Origin: Gemmatimonadota bacterium
Lineage (GTDB): Bacteria > Gemmatimonadota > Gemmatimonadetes > Palauibacterales > Palauibacteraceae
Assembly: GCA_039588275.1 (NCBI GenBank)
Contig: JBDHAC010000041.1
Coordinates: 1 to 30,571, forward strand
DNA: 30,571 nt
Direction: 5' to 3'
Part shown: positions 18,188 to 27,420 of the stretch, piece by piece
Position numbering within the stretch: the stretch's first letter is position 1
Layout: each line of letters begins with the position of its first letter
Notes under the pieces: generated by a model
Told to the model about the DNA's origin: nothing
Seen by the model: only the letters and a program-made list of their open reading frames with translations
Database searches by the model: none
Made by a program: the position numbers and the translations under genes

Positions 18188-19388
18188 CTACGGCGAGTGA
18201 TCGCCGATTGATGCGACGCAGGTACGCCTCGTAATTCTCGCGCATCTCGGCCAGCGAATCGCCACCGAGCTTCTCGCGCAGGGCATCCGCCAGGACCAGG
18301 GCCAGCATCGCCTCTCCGACGATGCCCGCTGCGGGAACCGCGCATACGTCGCTCCGTTCGCGTACCGCCTTGGCCGGCTCGCCGGTCTTCACATCCACGC
18401 TGTCCAGCGGGCGGCGCAGTGAGCTGAGCGGCTTCATGGCCACGCGCGCGACGAGTGGCTCGCCGGTGGAGACACCGCCTTCCAGCCCACCGGCGTTGTT
18501 ACGGCGTCGTCGGTAGCCCCCCGCCAGGGTGCGGCCCGCGTCGGCCTCGATCTCGTCATGCACCTCTGAACCGCGCGTGTTCGCCGCGGCGAACCCCATC
18601 CCGATCTCGACCCCTTTCATCGCGTGGATCGACATCAGCGCGCTCGCGACCCGGGCGCCGAGCCGGCGGTCCCAAGACACGTGGCTACCCAGACCGAGGG
18701 GCACGCCTCGGGCGACCACTTCGAACACGCCGCCTAGCGTATCGCCGTCGCGACCCGCGGCATCGATCGCGCCCATCATCGCCCGTGCGGCGTCGGGGTC
18801 CAGACAGCGGACGGGGGACTGGTCGGCGAGCTCGTTGAGATCTTCGGGGAGCGGTTCCGGGACACGTGCCTCGATGCCGCCCAGCCGCACGACGTGGCTG
18901 TCGATCCGGATGCCGAACTCCAGCAACAGGCGCCTGGCTACGGCACCGGCGGCCACGCGCGCGGCGGTCTCCCTGGCGCTGGCCCGCTCGAGAACATCCC
19001 GTGCGTCCGACCGGTCGTACTTGAGCATGCCCACGAGGTCCGCGTGGCCCGGCCGTGGGAGAGTGACTCGGCGGAGCTCATCGTCAGATACACCGACGGG
19101 CGCCTCGATGGCCATCGCGATCTCCCAGTTCTGGAAGTCACGATTCCTGATCCACACCGCGATCGGCGATCCCAGCGTCTCGCCGAGCCTCACGCCGCTC
19201 AGAATCTCACCGGCGTCCTGCTCGATCTGCATGCGTCCGCCTCGTCCATGTCCTCCCTGTCGCCGCGCGAGGTGGGAGGCGATGAACGCTGGGTCCAGTG
19301 AGAGACCGGCCGGAATCCCCTCGAGGATTACGATCAGCCCTTTTCCGTGTGACTCTCCGGCGGTCGTAAAGCGAACGTTCGTCAGCAT
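18171..19388 (-). CDS. aroC: Chorismate synthase
   Basis: TTAGESHG, RPGHAD, RASARET, NNAGGLEGG, RSDVC. ATG at 19388 chosen. Confidence 0.97.
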   Translation of the reverse strand: MLTNVRFTTAGESHGKGLIVILEGIPAGLSLDPAFIASHLARRQGGHGRGGRMQIEQDAGEILSGVRLGETLGSPIAVWIRNRDFQNWEIAMAIEAPVGVSDDELRRVTLPRPGHADLVGMLKYDRSDARDVLERASARETAARVAAGAVARRLLLEFGIRIDSHVVRLGGIEARVPEPLPEDLNELADQSPVRCLDPDAARAMMGAIDAAGRDGDTLGGVFEVVARGVPLGLGSHVSWDRRLGARVASALMSIHAMKGVEIGMGFAAANTRGSEVHDEIEADAGRTLAGGYRRRRNNAGGLEGGVSTGEPLVARVAMKPLSSLRRPLDSVDVKTGEPAKAVRERSDVCAVPAAGIVGEAMLALVLADALREKLGGDSLAEMRENYEAYLRRINRRSLAVDENRG

Positions 19389-19444
19389 CGGGTCGAGAGT
19401 GTCGTGTATCGATCGCGCCACCCGGAGTCCTCAGACCGGGTGGC

Positions 19445-19474
19445 AAAAAAAAGGCCCGGCGCTAAGGCCGGGCC
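19445..19474 (-). terminator. Intrinsic terminator after pilQ
   Basis: 8-bp stem GGCCCGGC/GCCGGGCC, 6-nt loop, followed by U8 on the - strand. Confidence 0.9.
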
Positions 19475-19536
19475 CCAATAGTGAAGTAGGACTCGCTCGA
19501 TAACAAGCGTCCCTTGCAGGTCGCCGCTGCGAACGT

Positions 19537-21312
19537 CTAGCGTGCGTCGTCCGCCCCGCGCGGGAAGACGATGTGCGGAGTCACCAGGATGATCAGATCC
19601 TGCTTGATCTCGTTTTCCTTCGACGTTCTGAACAAGGCGCCGAGGAACGGGATGTTCATCAGCCCCGGAATCCCGCTTTCACTGCGCGTGACTTCACTCA
19701 GCGTGAGCCCGCCGATCACCGCCGTTTCGCCGTCGTCGAGCAGCAGTCGTGTCTGACCGATCTGCTTTTCGAAGATGAAGCCCACGTCCGACAAGCCGAC
19801 CTGCAGACCCGACCGCTCCGCCGACAGGTCGAGCAGGATCTGGTTGTTGTTCGTGATATGGGGTGTCACCTCGAGGATGATACCGGTGTCCTCGAATTGG
19901 ACGTTGATCGTCGCTTCCTCCGACTGAGCACCCCTCTCGAGCACGCGGATCGGGGTGCGCTCACCCACCTGGATCCGAGCGCGGTGGTTATCGACCACCT
20001 GGATCGAGGGCGCCGCCTGGACGTCCGATAACTGGTGCGACTCGAGCGCTTCGATGAACGAGAACAGCGAGTACTCACCGAAGGCCACCGCGGTCAGGAT
20101 CTGGAGCGCGGGCGTAGTCAGACGGTCGTTGGCGTTCGCCAGCGCCGCGATCGCATCGCCGCCCAGGTTAACGAGCGTTTCGTTCGTCCGCTTGAAGAAC
20201 GCCTGGTCCGGGATTCCATCTCCATCGGTGTCGACGAGCTGTGGGGGCTCGTTGGGATCCGGCACCGCGATGGCGTCATTGATCCCCTGCTCCACGAACC
20301 CGGCGTCACGCTCCTTCAGGTCGTAGACGATTCCGAGCTCCTGGACATCGGTTCGATCTACGAACACGATCTTCGCTTCGATCGCCACCTGCGGGGTGCG
20401 CTTGTCCAGGGCACGCACGAGCGTGTCCATCCGCGCGACCACCGACGGGGCATCCGTCACGATGACGGAGTTGGTGCCTGCATAGGCAACCACCTGACCG
20501 CGATCTGGAGTGACGAGCTTCTCCAGCGTGGCCGCCACCGAGTCGGCGCTCGCGTAGTTGATGCGCATCACGCGCGTCTCGCTGAGCAGCTCGTCGCGCG
20601 CCTTCAGGTTCTCCAGCTTGTCGACGACGACGATCCCGCTCTCGGTGGTCTTCCACCCCAGGTTCTGAGCGGAGAGGATCGCACTCAGCGCGACGTCCCA
20701 CGGTTGGTTCTTGATGTCGATCCCGCGTACCATCACGCTAGCCGCGTCGCCGTTCGGCACGATCGAGACGCCCGCGAACTCCGAGAAGCCCGACAGAACA
20801 TCCAGGATGCTCGCGCTGTCGTACATGACGCTGATCCGCGGTTGCGTCTCCTGTACAGCGAACGCCATCGGCGCCCTCGTTTGGGGCGCCGCGTCCGCCG
20901 ACGGGGCATCATCGAGCGACGTCGACCAGCGACTGAAGGGCTCACCCGGGTTCTCGAAGCGCACCGAAACCGCTCCGTCGGTGTGCTCGACCGCGTACTC
21001 CATCTCGCGCGTCAGGTCGAACACCAGCCGAACGACCTCGGGTCGAAACTGGCTCGATCGCATCCGGGTCACCCCACCGCGACCGATCGCTTCATAGATC
21101 CGCCTGGGCAGCGCGTGCTGAGCCCCCTCGACATCGAGGATCAGCCGCGCGGGTTCGGCGAGCATGAAGTGCTGCACCGATTGCGCGCCCTGGACGAATA
21201 CCGTGATCTCCGTGTGTGCACCGGCCGGCGCGATTTGGACCTCTCGTACGTCGGAAGACTCCCCACCGAACCACGCCGCCACCATAAAGGCAAGGATGGA
21301 CCGAGCCATCAT
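19537..21312 (-). CDS. pilQ: Type IV pilus secretin PilQ (AMIN, N domains, secretin)
   Basis: AMIN-like FML.EPARLILD/VVRLVFDL, QPWDVAL, QVAIEAKIV, TGIILEVTP, GETAVIGG, IPFLGALF, LIILVTP. Confidence 0.95.
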   Translation of the reverse strand: MMARSILAFMVAAWFGGESSDVREVQIAPAGAHTEITVFVQGAQSVQHFMLAEPARLILDVEGAQHALPRRIYEAIGRGGVTRMRSSQFRPEVVRLVFDLTREMEYAVEHTDGAVSVRFENPGEPFSRWSTSLDDAPSADAAPQTRAPMAFAVQETQPRISVMYDSASILDVLSGFSEFAGVSIVPNGDAASVMVRGIDIKNQPWDVALSAILSAQNLGWKTTESGIVVVDKLENLKARDELLSETRVMRINYASADSVAATLEKLVTPDRGQVVAYAGTNSVIVTDAPSVVARMDTLVRALDKRTPQVAIEAKIVFVDRTDVQELGIVYDLKERDAGFVEQGINDAIAVPDPNEPPQLVDTDGDGIPDQAFFKRTNETLVNLGGDAIAALANANDRLTTPALQILTAVAFGEYSLFSFIEALESHQLSDVQAAPSIQVVDNHRARIQVGERTPIRVLERGAQSEEATINVQFEDTGIILEVTPHITNNNQILLDLSAERSGLQVGLSDVGFIFEKQIGQTRLLLDDGETAVIGGLTLSEVTRSESGIPGLMNIPFLGALFRTSKENEIKQDLIILVTPHIVFPRGADDAR

Positions 21313-21755
21313 CCTTCAATCTCCTTGTCTCTCTCGACCCAAAGGGTCTCACGTCGGCTGATGCCGAAGCTCGTGATCACGAAATCCACTTCCTGTGCGC
21401 GGATGGCAGCGATCCGGATCTCGCCAAGCCTATCGCCTTCGCGGGCACGGTACCTCTTGCCCGTCTTCTGATCCGTCATCGTCGCCACGCTTCCCACGGC
21501 CGGGTTGTACAGCACGCCGTTGAGGACCAGATCATCGAATCGTGGACCGATCTGCTCCCCCTGGTTCAGCGCGCGGAACGGGTTCCGACGGCCGAGAGAC
21601 GGGTAATCGAAGACCTCCCGCTCGTAGACGTCCCCCGACTCCGCTGGCGTCTGCGCCGAGACTGGCTCCGCGAACAGCGCTAGGGCCAGGGCGCCGCCGA
21701 CAACACTGATGACGCGGCGAGCCCACCCTCCCATCGTGATGGACCTAGTTGCCAT
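21309..21755 (-). CDS. pilP: PilP-like protein without a lipobox
   Basis: Lies between pilO and pilQ. Has RRNPF, L.GVLY and REGDRLGE.RI. Signal-like N-terminus. ATG at 21755 chosen. Confidence 0.65.
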   Translation of the reverse strand: MATRSITMGGWARRVISVVGGALALALFAEPVSAQTPAESGDVYEREVFDYPSLGRRNPFRALNQGEQIGPRFDDLVLNGVLYNPAVGSVATMTDQKTGKRYRAREGDRLGEIRIAAIRAQEVDFVITSFGISRRETLWVERDKEIEG

Positions 21756-22341
21756 CCGTCCCCCTCTCACGCCCCGCGTTCGGCGGGAGCACGAATGTCT
21801 CCAGCTCAAACCTGGCAGAGACGAGCTGCCGGCCCGAATTCGTTTCACGGGTCGGCCTGATTTCCTGTACATCGGGCCGGACTATACGGCTGAAGGAGGC
21901 GACCCGAGTCAGGAACTCCCCGACATCGTGGTACTCGCCTTCGACTTCCATCTGCCAGTTCTGGCGCATGAAATAGCCGGTCGTGTCCGCACTTGGCTGC
22001 GCGGGCGTCACGCTCATCAACTCGAGACCGAGCGATTGGCTCTCGGAAGCGATCGCCTCGTAGATCGCCGGCACCTCGCCCTCGGCAGGGACGAGGCGTT
22101 GCAGCATGGCGAACTGCCGCTCGCCGAGCTCCAGCTCCTGCCGTACGGCGTCGAGGTTTTGCATGCGTGCTTCGGCGAGCTCGTTCTGCTGCTCAATCTG
22201 CTCGACACGCGCCTCCATCTCGAGGAGATCGTCTCCCGTCGGCCGATGGAAGTAGAGGTAGTACAGCCCCCCGAGCGCGACGATCAGGATGATGCCGAGT
22301 AAGCGGTACTGATTCTTCGGATCGTCTGGTAGCAGAGCCAT
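21745..22341 (-). CDS. pilO: Type IV pilus assembly protein PilO
   Basis: TM plus coiled coil, LVP...EVP, GEYHDVGEFL..VASFSRIV, operon position. Confidence 0.9.
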   Translation of the reverse strand: MALLPDDPKNQYRLLGIILIVALGGLYYLYFHRPTGDDLLEMEARVEQIEQQNELAEARMQNLDAVRQELELGERQFAMLQRLVPAEGEVPAIYEAIASESQSLGLELMSVTPAQPSADTTGYFMRQNWQMEVEGEYHDVGEFLTRVASFSRIVRPDVQEIRPTRETNSGRQLVSARFELETFVLPPNAGRERGTDGN

Positions 22342-22344
22342 TAC

Positions 22345-23013
22345 TCAGGATCCCTCGTTCGAGAGTCGCTGTATCGAGACGATCGGCTCGGTTCGGAACT
22401 GCTCCATGGGTGGCGCGTATCGGGCGGTCAGCGTGAACGCCTGTACGATCAGGTCGTCTTCCAGCGTTTGCTTTTGGCTGCCCAGGATTCGCACCTCCGA
22501 GACGTACGTCGACGCCTCCAGATTCCGAACGTATTCCGTGATCGCCAGTGGGTTGGCCGCCAGGCCCTGGATCTGCACCGTAGCCGAAGGCAAGGGCGAG
22601 ACCTGTCTGAGATTCGTGAGCCATGCGAGCTGTGGCAGCGCGCGGCTGATCTCATCCAGCATGTGTGACCACACGAACCGGTTGCGGTCCAGCTGCTCCA
22701 CGAGCGCGACCCGTTCGCGGATGACCTGCCGGCGCTGGGTGAGGCTATCGCTCACGGCCCGGAGATCGGCGAGGCGCGCGGAATCGGCGGTTGCCACCTC
22801 GAGTCGTGCCTCGAGCTCGTTAGCGACGGACCGCTGCCCCCACCACAGGACACCCATACCCAGGGGAATCAGCACGGCGACCGCAGCCAGGACGATGCTC
22901 CAGGTGTCTCTGTCCTTGCCGACACCCTTCAGCCGCGACCCCTTCTTGCTGGAGGTCGCCCGCCGACCGCTGCGTCGCTTCTGTCGTTCCGGAAGAAGAT
23001 TGACTTCAATCAT
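22345..23013 (-). CDS. pilN: Type IV pilus assembly protein PilN
   Basis: N-terminal IEVNLLP (PilM-binding motif), TM, coiled coil, LDEISRALP...WLT. Confidence 0.92.
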   Translation of the reverse strand: MIEVNLLPERQKRRSGRRATSSKKGSRLKGVGKDRDTWSIVLAAVAVLIPLGMGVLWWGQRSVANELEARLEVATADSARLADLRAVSDSLTQRRQVIRERVALVEQLDRNRFVWSHMLDEISRALPQLAWLTNLRQVSPLPSATVQIQGLAANPLAITEYVRNLEASTYVSEVRILGSQKQTLEDDLIVQAFTLTARYAPPMEQFRTEPIVSIQRLSNEGS

Positions 23014-23066
23014 CCGTTCTCTCGATCCCGTCTGCCGTCATCCCCCCGCCCTTCGAGAGCCGGGGA

Positions 23067-24113
23067 TTAGGCTGCCTGTCGAAGCGCCAAACCAACCGAC
23101 AGCATGAGCATCGGCGCCATCTCCTGGAGTTCCATGTAGTCGACCGCGTCCGCCTTGACCTGGATGCGCTCGAACGCGCTCGCGATGTGTGTCTCGACCC
23201 CGAGCCGCTCGGCCAACACTTCCGAGAGCCCCGGGACTCCGACACCACCACCGCACAGATAGAGTCTCCCGACCCCGAGACCGATCTCATCCGTCTCCAG
23301 GAACGCGGCCGCACGCTCGACACCTCGCGCGACCTCCTGAGCACGCTCCGCCAGGAAATCGCGCAGCTCGTGATCTTCGCTCTCGCCACGGAGCGCGGCC
23401 TCGGCCTCTTCCGCGGTCAGCGAACGCTCGCGCTGCAGGTCGAGGATGAGCCCACGGGTGCCGAAGCTCAGGTCACGTGTCAGAACCGGCACTCCCTCGT
23501 CGAGCACGTTCACCGTGGTGGTGTCGTGCCCCATGTTGACCAGCGCGGTGATCCCTTTCATCGCGTCGGGATAATTCACCTCGAGGGCGTTGTGGAGCGC
23601 GAACGCCTCGACGTCCACCGTGTCGGGGTTGAGTCCAGCTTGCTGCAATAGCGAGATGCGCGTGTCGATGAGCTCGCGCTTCGCAGCGACCAGCAGCACG
23701 GTCATCTGGAGGCCGTCTCCATCGGGGTCGGTGATCTCGAAGTCGAGCTGCACGTTGTCCATGTCGAACGGCACGTGCTGCTCCGCTTCCCAGGGGATCA
23801 CCTCGCGTGCCTCCTCCTCATCCATGCGATCCATCTTGATCAGCTTGATGATGACGTCCCGGCCACCGACGCCGATGACGACATCGCGCTGATCGATCTT
23901 CTCGCGCTCGAACATGGAGGAGATCGCATCCGCGACGAGCCCGGGGTCTACGATGTCGCCATCGACGATGGCGTCGCCCTCGATCGGGCTTACCGCGACC
24001 TTCTCGAGCTGGGGGATGTCCTTGCTGTGGTCGATAACCGACGCCTTCAGGAAGCCACTGCCGACATCGAGTCCGACAGTCGACTTCCGGCGCCCTAAGC
24101 CGAAAGGCAGCAT
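23067..24113 (-). CDS. pilM: Type IV pilus assembly protein PilM (actin-like)
   Basis: VGLDVGS, EAEQHVPF, VLLVAAK, LCGGG, C-terminal VGLALR. Confidence 0.95.
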   Translation of the reverse strand: MLPFGLGRRKSTVGLDVGSGFLKASVIDHSKDIPQLEKVAVSPIEGDAIVDGDIVDPGLVADAISSMFEREKIDQRDVVIGVGGRDVIIKLIKMDRMDEEEAREVIPWEAEQHVPFDMDNVQLDFEITDPDGDGLQMTVLLVAAKRELIDTRISLLQQAGLNPDTVDVEAFALHNALEVNYPDAMKGITALVNMGHDTTTVNVLDEGVPVLTRDLSFGTRGLILDLQRERSLTAEEAEAALRGESEDHELRDFLAERAQEVARGVERAAAFLETDEIGLGVGRLYLCGGGVGVPGLSEVLAERLGVETHIASAFERIQVKADAVDYMELQEMAPMLMLSVGLALRQAA

Positions 24114-24167
24114 AAGGATATTCGTCCGTTAGCGTTAAAGCCTGGACGAGATGAGGCGGGACGCCAA

Positions 24168-24196
24168 AACCTACTCGGGGTTCTCATGCGTGTCAA
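24168..24196 (-). promoter_or_regulatory. Sigma70-type promoter for pilMNOPQ
   Basis: On the - strand, TTGACA (24196-24191), 17-bp spacer, TAGGTT (24173-24168), ending about 55 bp before the pilM ATG. Confidence 0.7.
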
Positions 24197-24348
24197 ACCC
24201 ACGTGGCTCGTGGGCTCGCGGGGGACTTCGCCCCCTCGCACGAGCGGTTCGTCAGCGCCCGTCATACCCGTCATCACTCGTCGCAAAGACCCTGCTCCTC
24301 TTTCCCGGCCGGGAGCGCATGCGTTCCCGGGTCGGCTGCGCCAAAACA

Positions 24349-25170
24349 TCAGTTACGTAGCGGGATGTCATACGTGATCGGTCGCCGCACGCCGAAGCGG
24401 TTCACGCCTCCGCCGGTTGCGGCGACGACGACACGGACCTGCCGGATGTTGGCCATGTTAGGGCCGGTGACGCTGTTGAGCACCGTCCCGTTGGCCATCA
24501 CGTAACGAAACACGGCGCCGGCTTCGAACGGAGTCACCAGCTCGTCGGCGTTCCGCCACAACGCGTCACCTGTAGTCGAATTGGACGCACCGAAGCTGTA
24601 GGCCAACGCGCCGTACCATCGCAGCAGCGAGCCGCGGTCGGGAACCGCACCGAACTGGCCGGTCCACCCGGAGGTCCGGCGGTACGTCCAATTCGGCTGC
24701 CCCGTCGGGGAGCCGTTGCCCGTGCACGTACCGATCGCCGGACCACCGATGGAATTCGACGGCGTAAAGCCGTCTCCGTATACGAAGGTAGAGTCGTACG
24801 CTCCGGAGTAGGCGGTTCCGCGAAAGGCGGGCGGGAGGTTGGCGCTCGTCACCGAGTCGTACACGAACACCGTCGCCTCGTCCCCCCCGGTGACGCCGCA
24901 CACAACTGCGCGCAGGATGTCGGACCGCACCACGACCGAGTCGGAGCGCGCGACCATGACGTCTGTCGGTGAGGCCATACGCAGCTCGGTCGCCATCAGA
25001 TCCATCGCGGCTCGAATGTTCTGCTGAGCGATGATCGTATCGTCGCTGTGGCCGTAGAATCGCTGCTGGCCGAGAACGAGACCCATAAGGGCGGCGCCGA
25101 GCACCCCGGCCACGACGACCGTGATCAGGATCTCGACTAGGGTGAACCCGTTGGATCGGACGCGTTTCAT
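24349..25170 (-). CDS. PilW-like minor pilin
   Basis: Class III signal RVRSNG|FTLVE, hydrophobic helix, AQQNIRAAMDLM..ELRMA. Confidence 0.85.
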   Translation of the reverse strand: MKRVRSNGFTLVEILITVVVAGVLGAALMGLVLGQQRFYGHSDDTIIAQQNIRAAMDLMATELRMASPTDVMVARSDSVVVRSDILRAVVCGVTGGDEATVFVYDSVTSANLPPAFRGTAYSGAYDSTFVYGDGFTPSNSIGGPAIGTCTGNGSPTGQPNWTYRRTSGWTGQFGAVPDRGSLLRWYGALAYSFGASNSTTGDALWRNADELVTPFEAGAVFRYVMANGTVLNSVTGPNMANIRQVRVVVAATGGGVNRFGVRRPITYDIPLRN

Positions 25171-25183
25171 CCCCGGTGGCCCC

Positions 25184-25603
25184 TTACGGTGCGGTCGGTA
25201 GCTGGCGGGTTTCGTAGATGCGGCTCACGAACACCCTGGGCGCCGCCGCGGCCTGTGAGGACAGCACGGTGAGCTGTACCCGCTTCACCCGCGGCGCCGG
25301 CTGTGACACGACCCGATTCACCACGTACGCCCGGTTGCCCACCGAGACCGTGTCCGTCCCGTTGGCCGTCGCCGCGTAGCCGATGCGCTGCAGACGCTCC
25401 ATCACTTGCTGCGCCGCGAGGGCCTGGTCCGTCTGCCACGTCGACCACTGGTTCTGCGCTCCGACCTGGAGGCTGATCCCCGCGATCGCCAGCATACCGA
25501 CCGACATGATGATCAGCGCAGCGAGCACCTCTATCAGCCCGATGCCCTCGCTGCCCCTCAGTCGTTCCCGCAGCCTGCGTCCGCGCTTCATCGTGCTCCT
25601 CAT
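25184..25603 (-). CDS. PilV-like minor pilin
   Basis: Basic leader, G|IGLIEVLAALIIMSVGMLAI, ALAAQQVMERL. Confidence 0.85.
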   Translation of the reverse strand: MRSTMKRGRRLRERLRGSEGIGLIEVLAALIIMSVGMLAIAGISLQVGAQNQWSTWQTDQALAAQQVMERLQRIGYAATANGTDTVSVGNRAYVVNRVVSQPAPRVKRVQLTVLSSQAAAAPRVFVSRIYETRQLPTAP

Positions 25604-25616
25604 CGTCTCGGGCGCC

Positions 25617-26093
25617 TCAGTTGATCGTCGTGCGCCCGAGCGCGTTGATCCGAACCACGTGCGAGCGTCCTCGTCGCCCCAGCGCCACCTGTGCGCTGGA
25701 AGGGACCAACAGCCCGCGCGAGTTGAAGGTCAGCGAGTCGCCGGACGTCGATACCACGACCGTCGTGAGGGGTAGGTCCGACCCCACCCCGAAATCCCGC
25801 CGCATCAGAACGGTGCCAGCCGTATCCCGGATCACGTAGCTTCGATTCGCTTCGTTAGCCACGAGGGAAACGCTCTCTCGACGCTGGATCGCGAAGCTCC
25901 GCGTCAGGCTCACATCGGCTGCGAGCTGGACCGAAGCCTTGCGCGCCGTCGCGGCTTCCGCGTACTGCCGGAACGCCCCGTAGCCCATCGCCAGCAACAC
26001 ACCCGTGGTCGCCAGCGAAACGGCCAGCTCCACCACGGTGAAGCCCCCTCGCCCAAGCCTCGCGCTTCGTTTCACCGGGCTGTTTCGCTTCAT
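25617..26093 (-). CDS. FimT/FimU/GspH-like minor pilin
   Basis: GG|FTVVE, L.ADV.LTRS.AI, LTFNSRG, INALGR. ATG at 26093 chosen. Confidence 0.85.
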   Translation of the reverse strand: MKRNSPVKRSARLGRGGFTVVELAVSLATTGVLLAMGYGAFRQYAEAATARKASVQLAADVSLTRSFAIQRRESVSLVANEANRSYVIRDTAGTVLMRRDFGVGSDLPLTTVVVSTSGDSLTFNSRGLLVPSSAQVALGRRGRSHVVRINALGRTTIN

Positions 26094-26191
26094 TGAATCC
26101 TGCCCGACCTCGCTCGTGCCTGCCCCCGGCCCTCGGGAGCTTTCTGTCCGCGGATCCGGCGCATCCTGGCGCGTCGCGACCCGCGCTGGAG

Positions 26192-26212
26192 TTGGGCAAG
26201 ATCGTTGCCCAA
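26192..26212 (-). promoter_or_regulatory. Candidate sigma54 promoter (palindromic) for the minor-pilin genes
   Basis: TTGGGCAA-GATCG-TTGCCCAA. The - strand reads GG-CAACGATCTT-GC (GG-N10-GC with TTGC). Confidence 0.55.
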
Positions 26213-26328
26213 ACGTACCTCGTTGCAATAACTGCACTTAAGCTGCACGACGTTGGACGGGGTCATGCACTTTTTGCATGAAATGAGGCAGGGCGTTGCC
26301 TGCGCGTATCCGGGCTCATAGCGGAGGG

Positions 26329-26817
26329 TTAGAAGTGGAATCCCTGCCGCCGCACGCGCCCCACGAAATTGCTCACGACTCGGACACCTCGACGCCCGCG
26401 ATACAGATACACGCTGCCGGGCGAGCCCTGCCCGCGCGCGTTGTAGCGAATCGAGCTCGGGCGGATACGGATCGAGTCGAGGGCCAGAAGACCCTCGCCC
26501 GCCAGATCGACCTCCGAGAGCCGGCTGCCCGAGGCATCGAGGAGCAAGAGCCTGCCTCGACCCGACAAGCGGACCTCTACCTTCTCGCGCCTCGCGAGCG
26601 CCTCGAGACGCGCGCGCGCCAAGTGACCGCCCGCCAGATCCGCGGATCGATCCAGCGACAGCCGCGCGAGCACATCGAAGGTCGGCAGGGCGACTGCCGC
26701 CAGTATGGCCAGTGCGGTCAATGCCGTCAGGAGCTCCGGAATCGTCAAACCCGGCGTCAGGACCCGGTTGTCGATCTTGGCGCGTACCGGAGTCGGCGCA
26801 CCGAATCTTCGAGTCAC
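26329..26817 (-). CDS. Second FimT/GspH-like pilin-family protein
   Basis: G|LTIPELLTAL, LARARLEAL, IRYNARG, SNFVGRVR. AAGGAGG RBS before the GTG. Confidence 0.8.
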   Translation of the reverse strand: MTRRFGAPTPVRAKIDNRVLTPGLTIPELLTALTALAILAAVALPTFDVLARLSLDRSADLAGGHLARARLEALARREKVEVRLSGRGRLLLLDASGSRLSEVDLAGEGLLALDSIRIRPSSIRYNARGQGSPGSVYLYRGRRGVRVVSNFVGRVRRQGFHF

Positions 26818-26987
26818 AGGGCACCTCCTTCACTCGAGGGTCTCACGCCCCTGAGCTGAAAGAGGAGATCACGTGGTTGTCATCCAGATGGTGGTCGATG
26901 ATCGTGTGAGGTGATCTCGGGTCGCGCCTCGAAGGGGGTTGCGGAAGTGGAGCGCACTCGCCGGGCGGCAGATGGGCCCCGGGAATG

Positions 26988-27353
26988 CTACGGACAAACC
27001 GGGATCCCGGTGTGCTGGACTGATGCGGCGATCGTGCAGACCTGGCTCGTACCGGTATGCGTCGCGTTCGCCCCCCACCCGGTGGCCGTGGCGCTGTCGA
27101 TAGTCACGGTGACGTTGGGCGATGAAAGGAACATGCGTCCGAGGTTGGCCAGGTTACTCGTATAGACCTGCCAATCGGAGAAGTAGGCCTCCTCGGACGT
27201 CTGGAGGTTTCTCAGGTCCGAGCGCATCGCGGCTACGAACGACTTCTCCTTCGTGCCGAACAGCTGAGGGATGACGACCGCCACCAAGATCGCGATCACC
27301 ACCATCACGATCAGGAGTTCTATTACCGTAAATCCGCTGGCACGACGCTTCAT
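26988..27353 (-). CDS. Type IV pilin (PilA/PilE-like), 121 aa
   Basis: MKRRASG|FTVIELLIVMVVIAIL, KEKSF..AMRSDLRNL...EEAYF, and a C-terminal Cys pair. Confidence 0.92.
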   Translation of the reverse strand: MKRRASGFTVIELLIVMVVIAILVAVVIPQLFGTKEKSFVAAMRSDLRNLQTSEEAYFSDWQVYTSNLANLGRMFLSSPNVTVTIDSATATGWGANATHTGTSQVCTIAASVQHTGIPVCP

Positions 27354-27420
27354 GTTGGATCAGCTCGCTTCCGTAACGCCCGGGCCCCGCGGGGCCGACT
27401 GCACTCGCGAGCGACTCGGA

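Noticed and set aside
27383..27396. 14-bp palindrome GGCCCCGCGGGGCC in the pilin leader
   Set aside because: An all-GC palindrome is plausible by chance at this GC content, and there is no supporting context.
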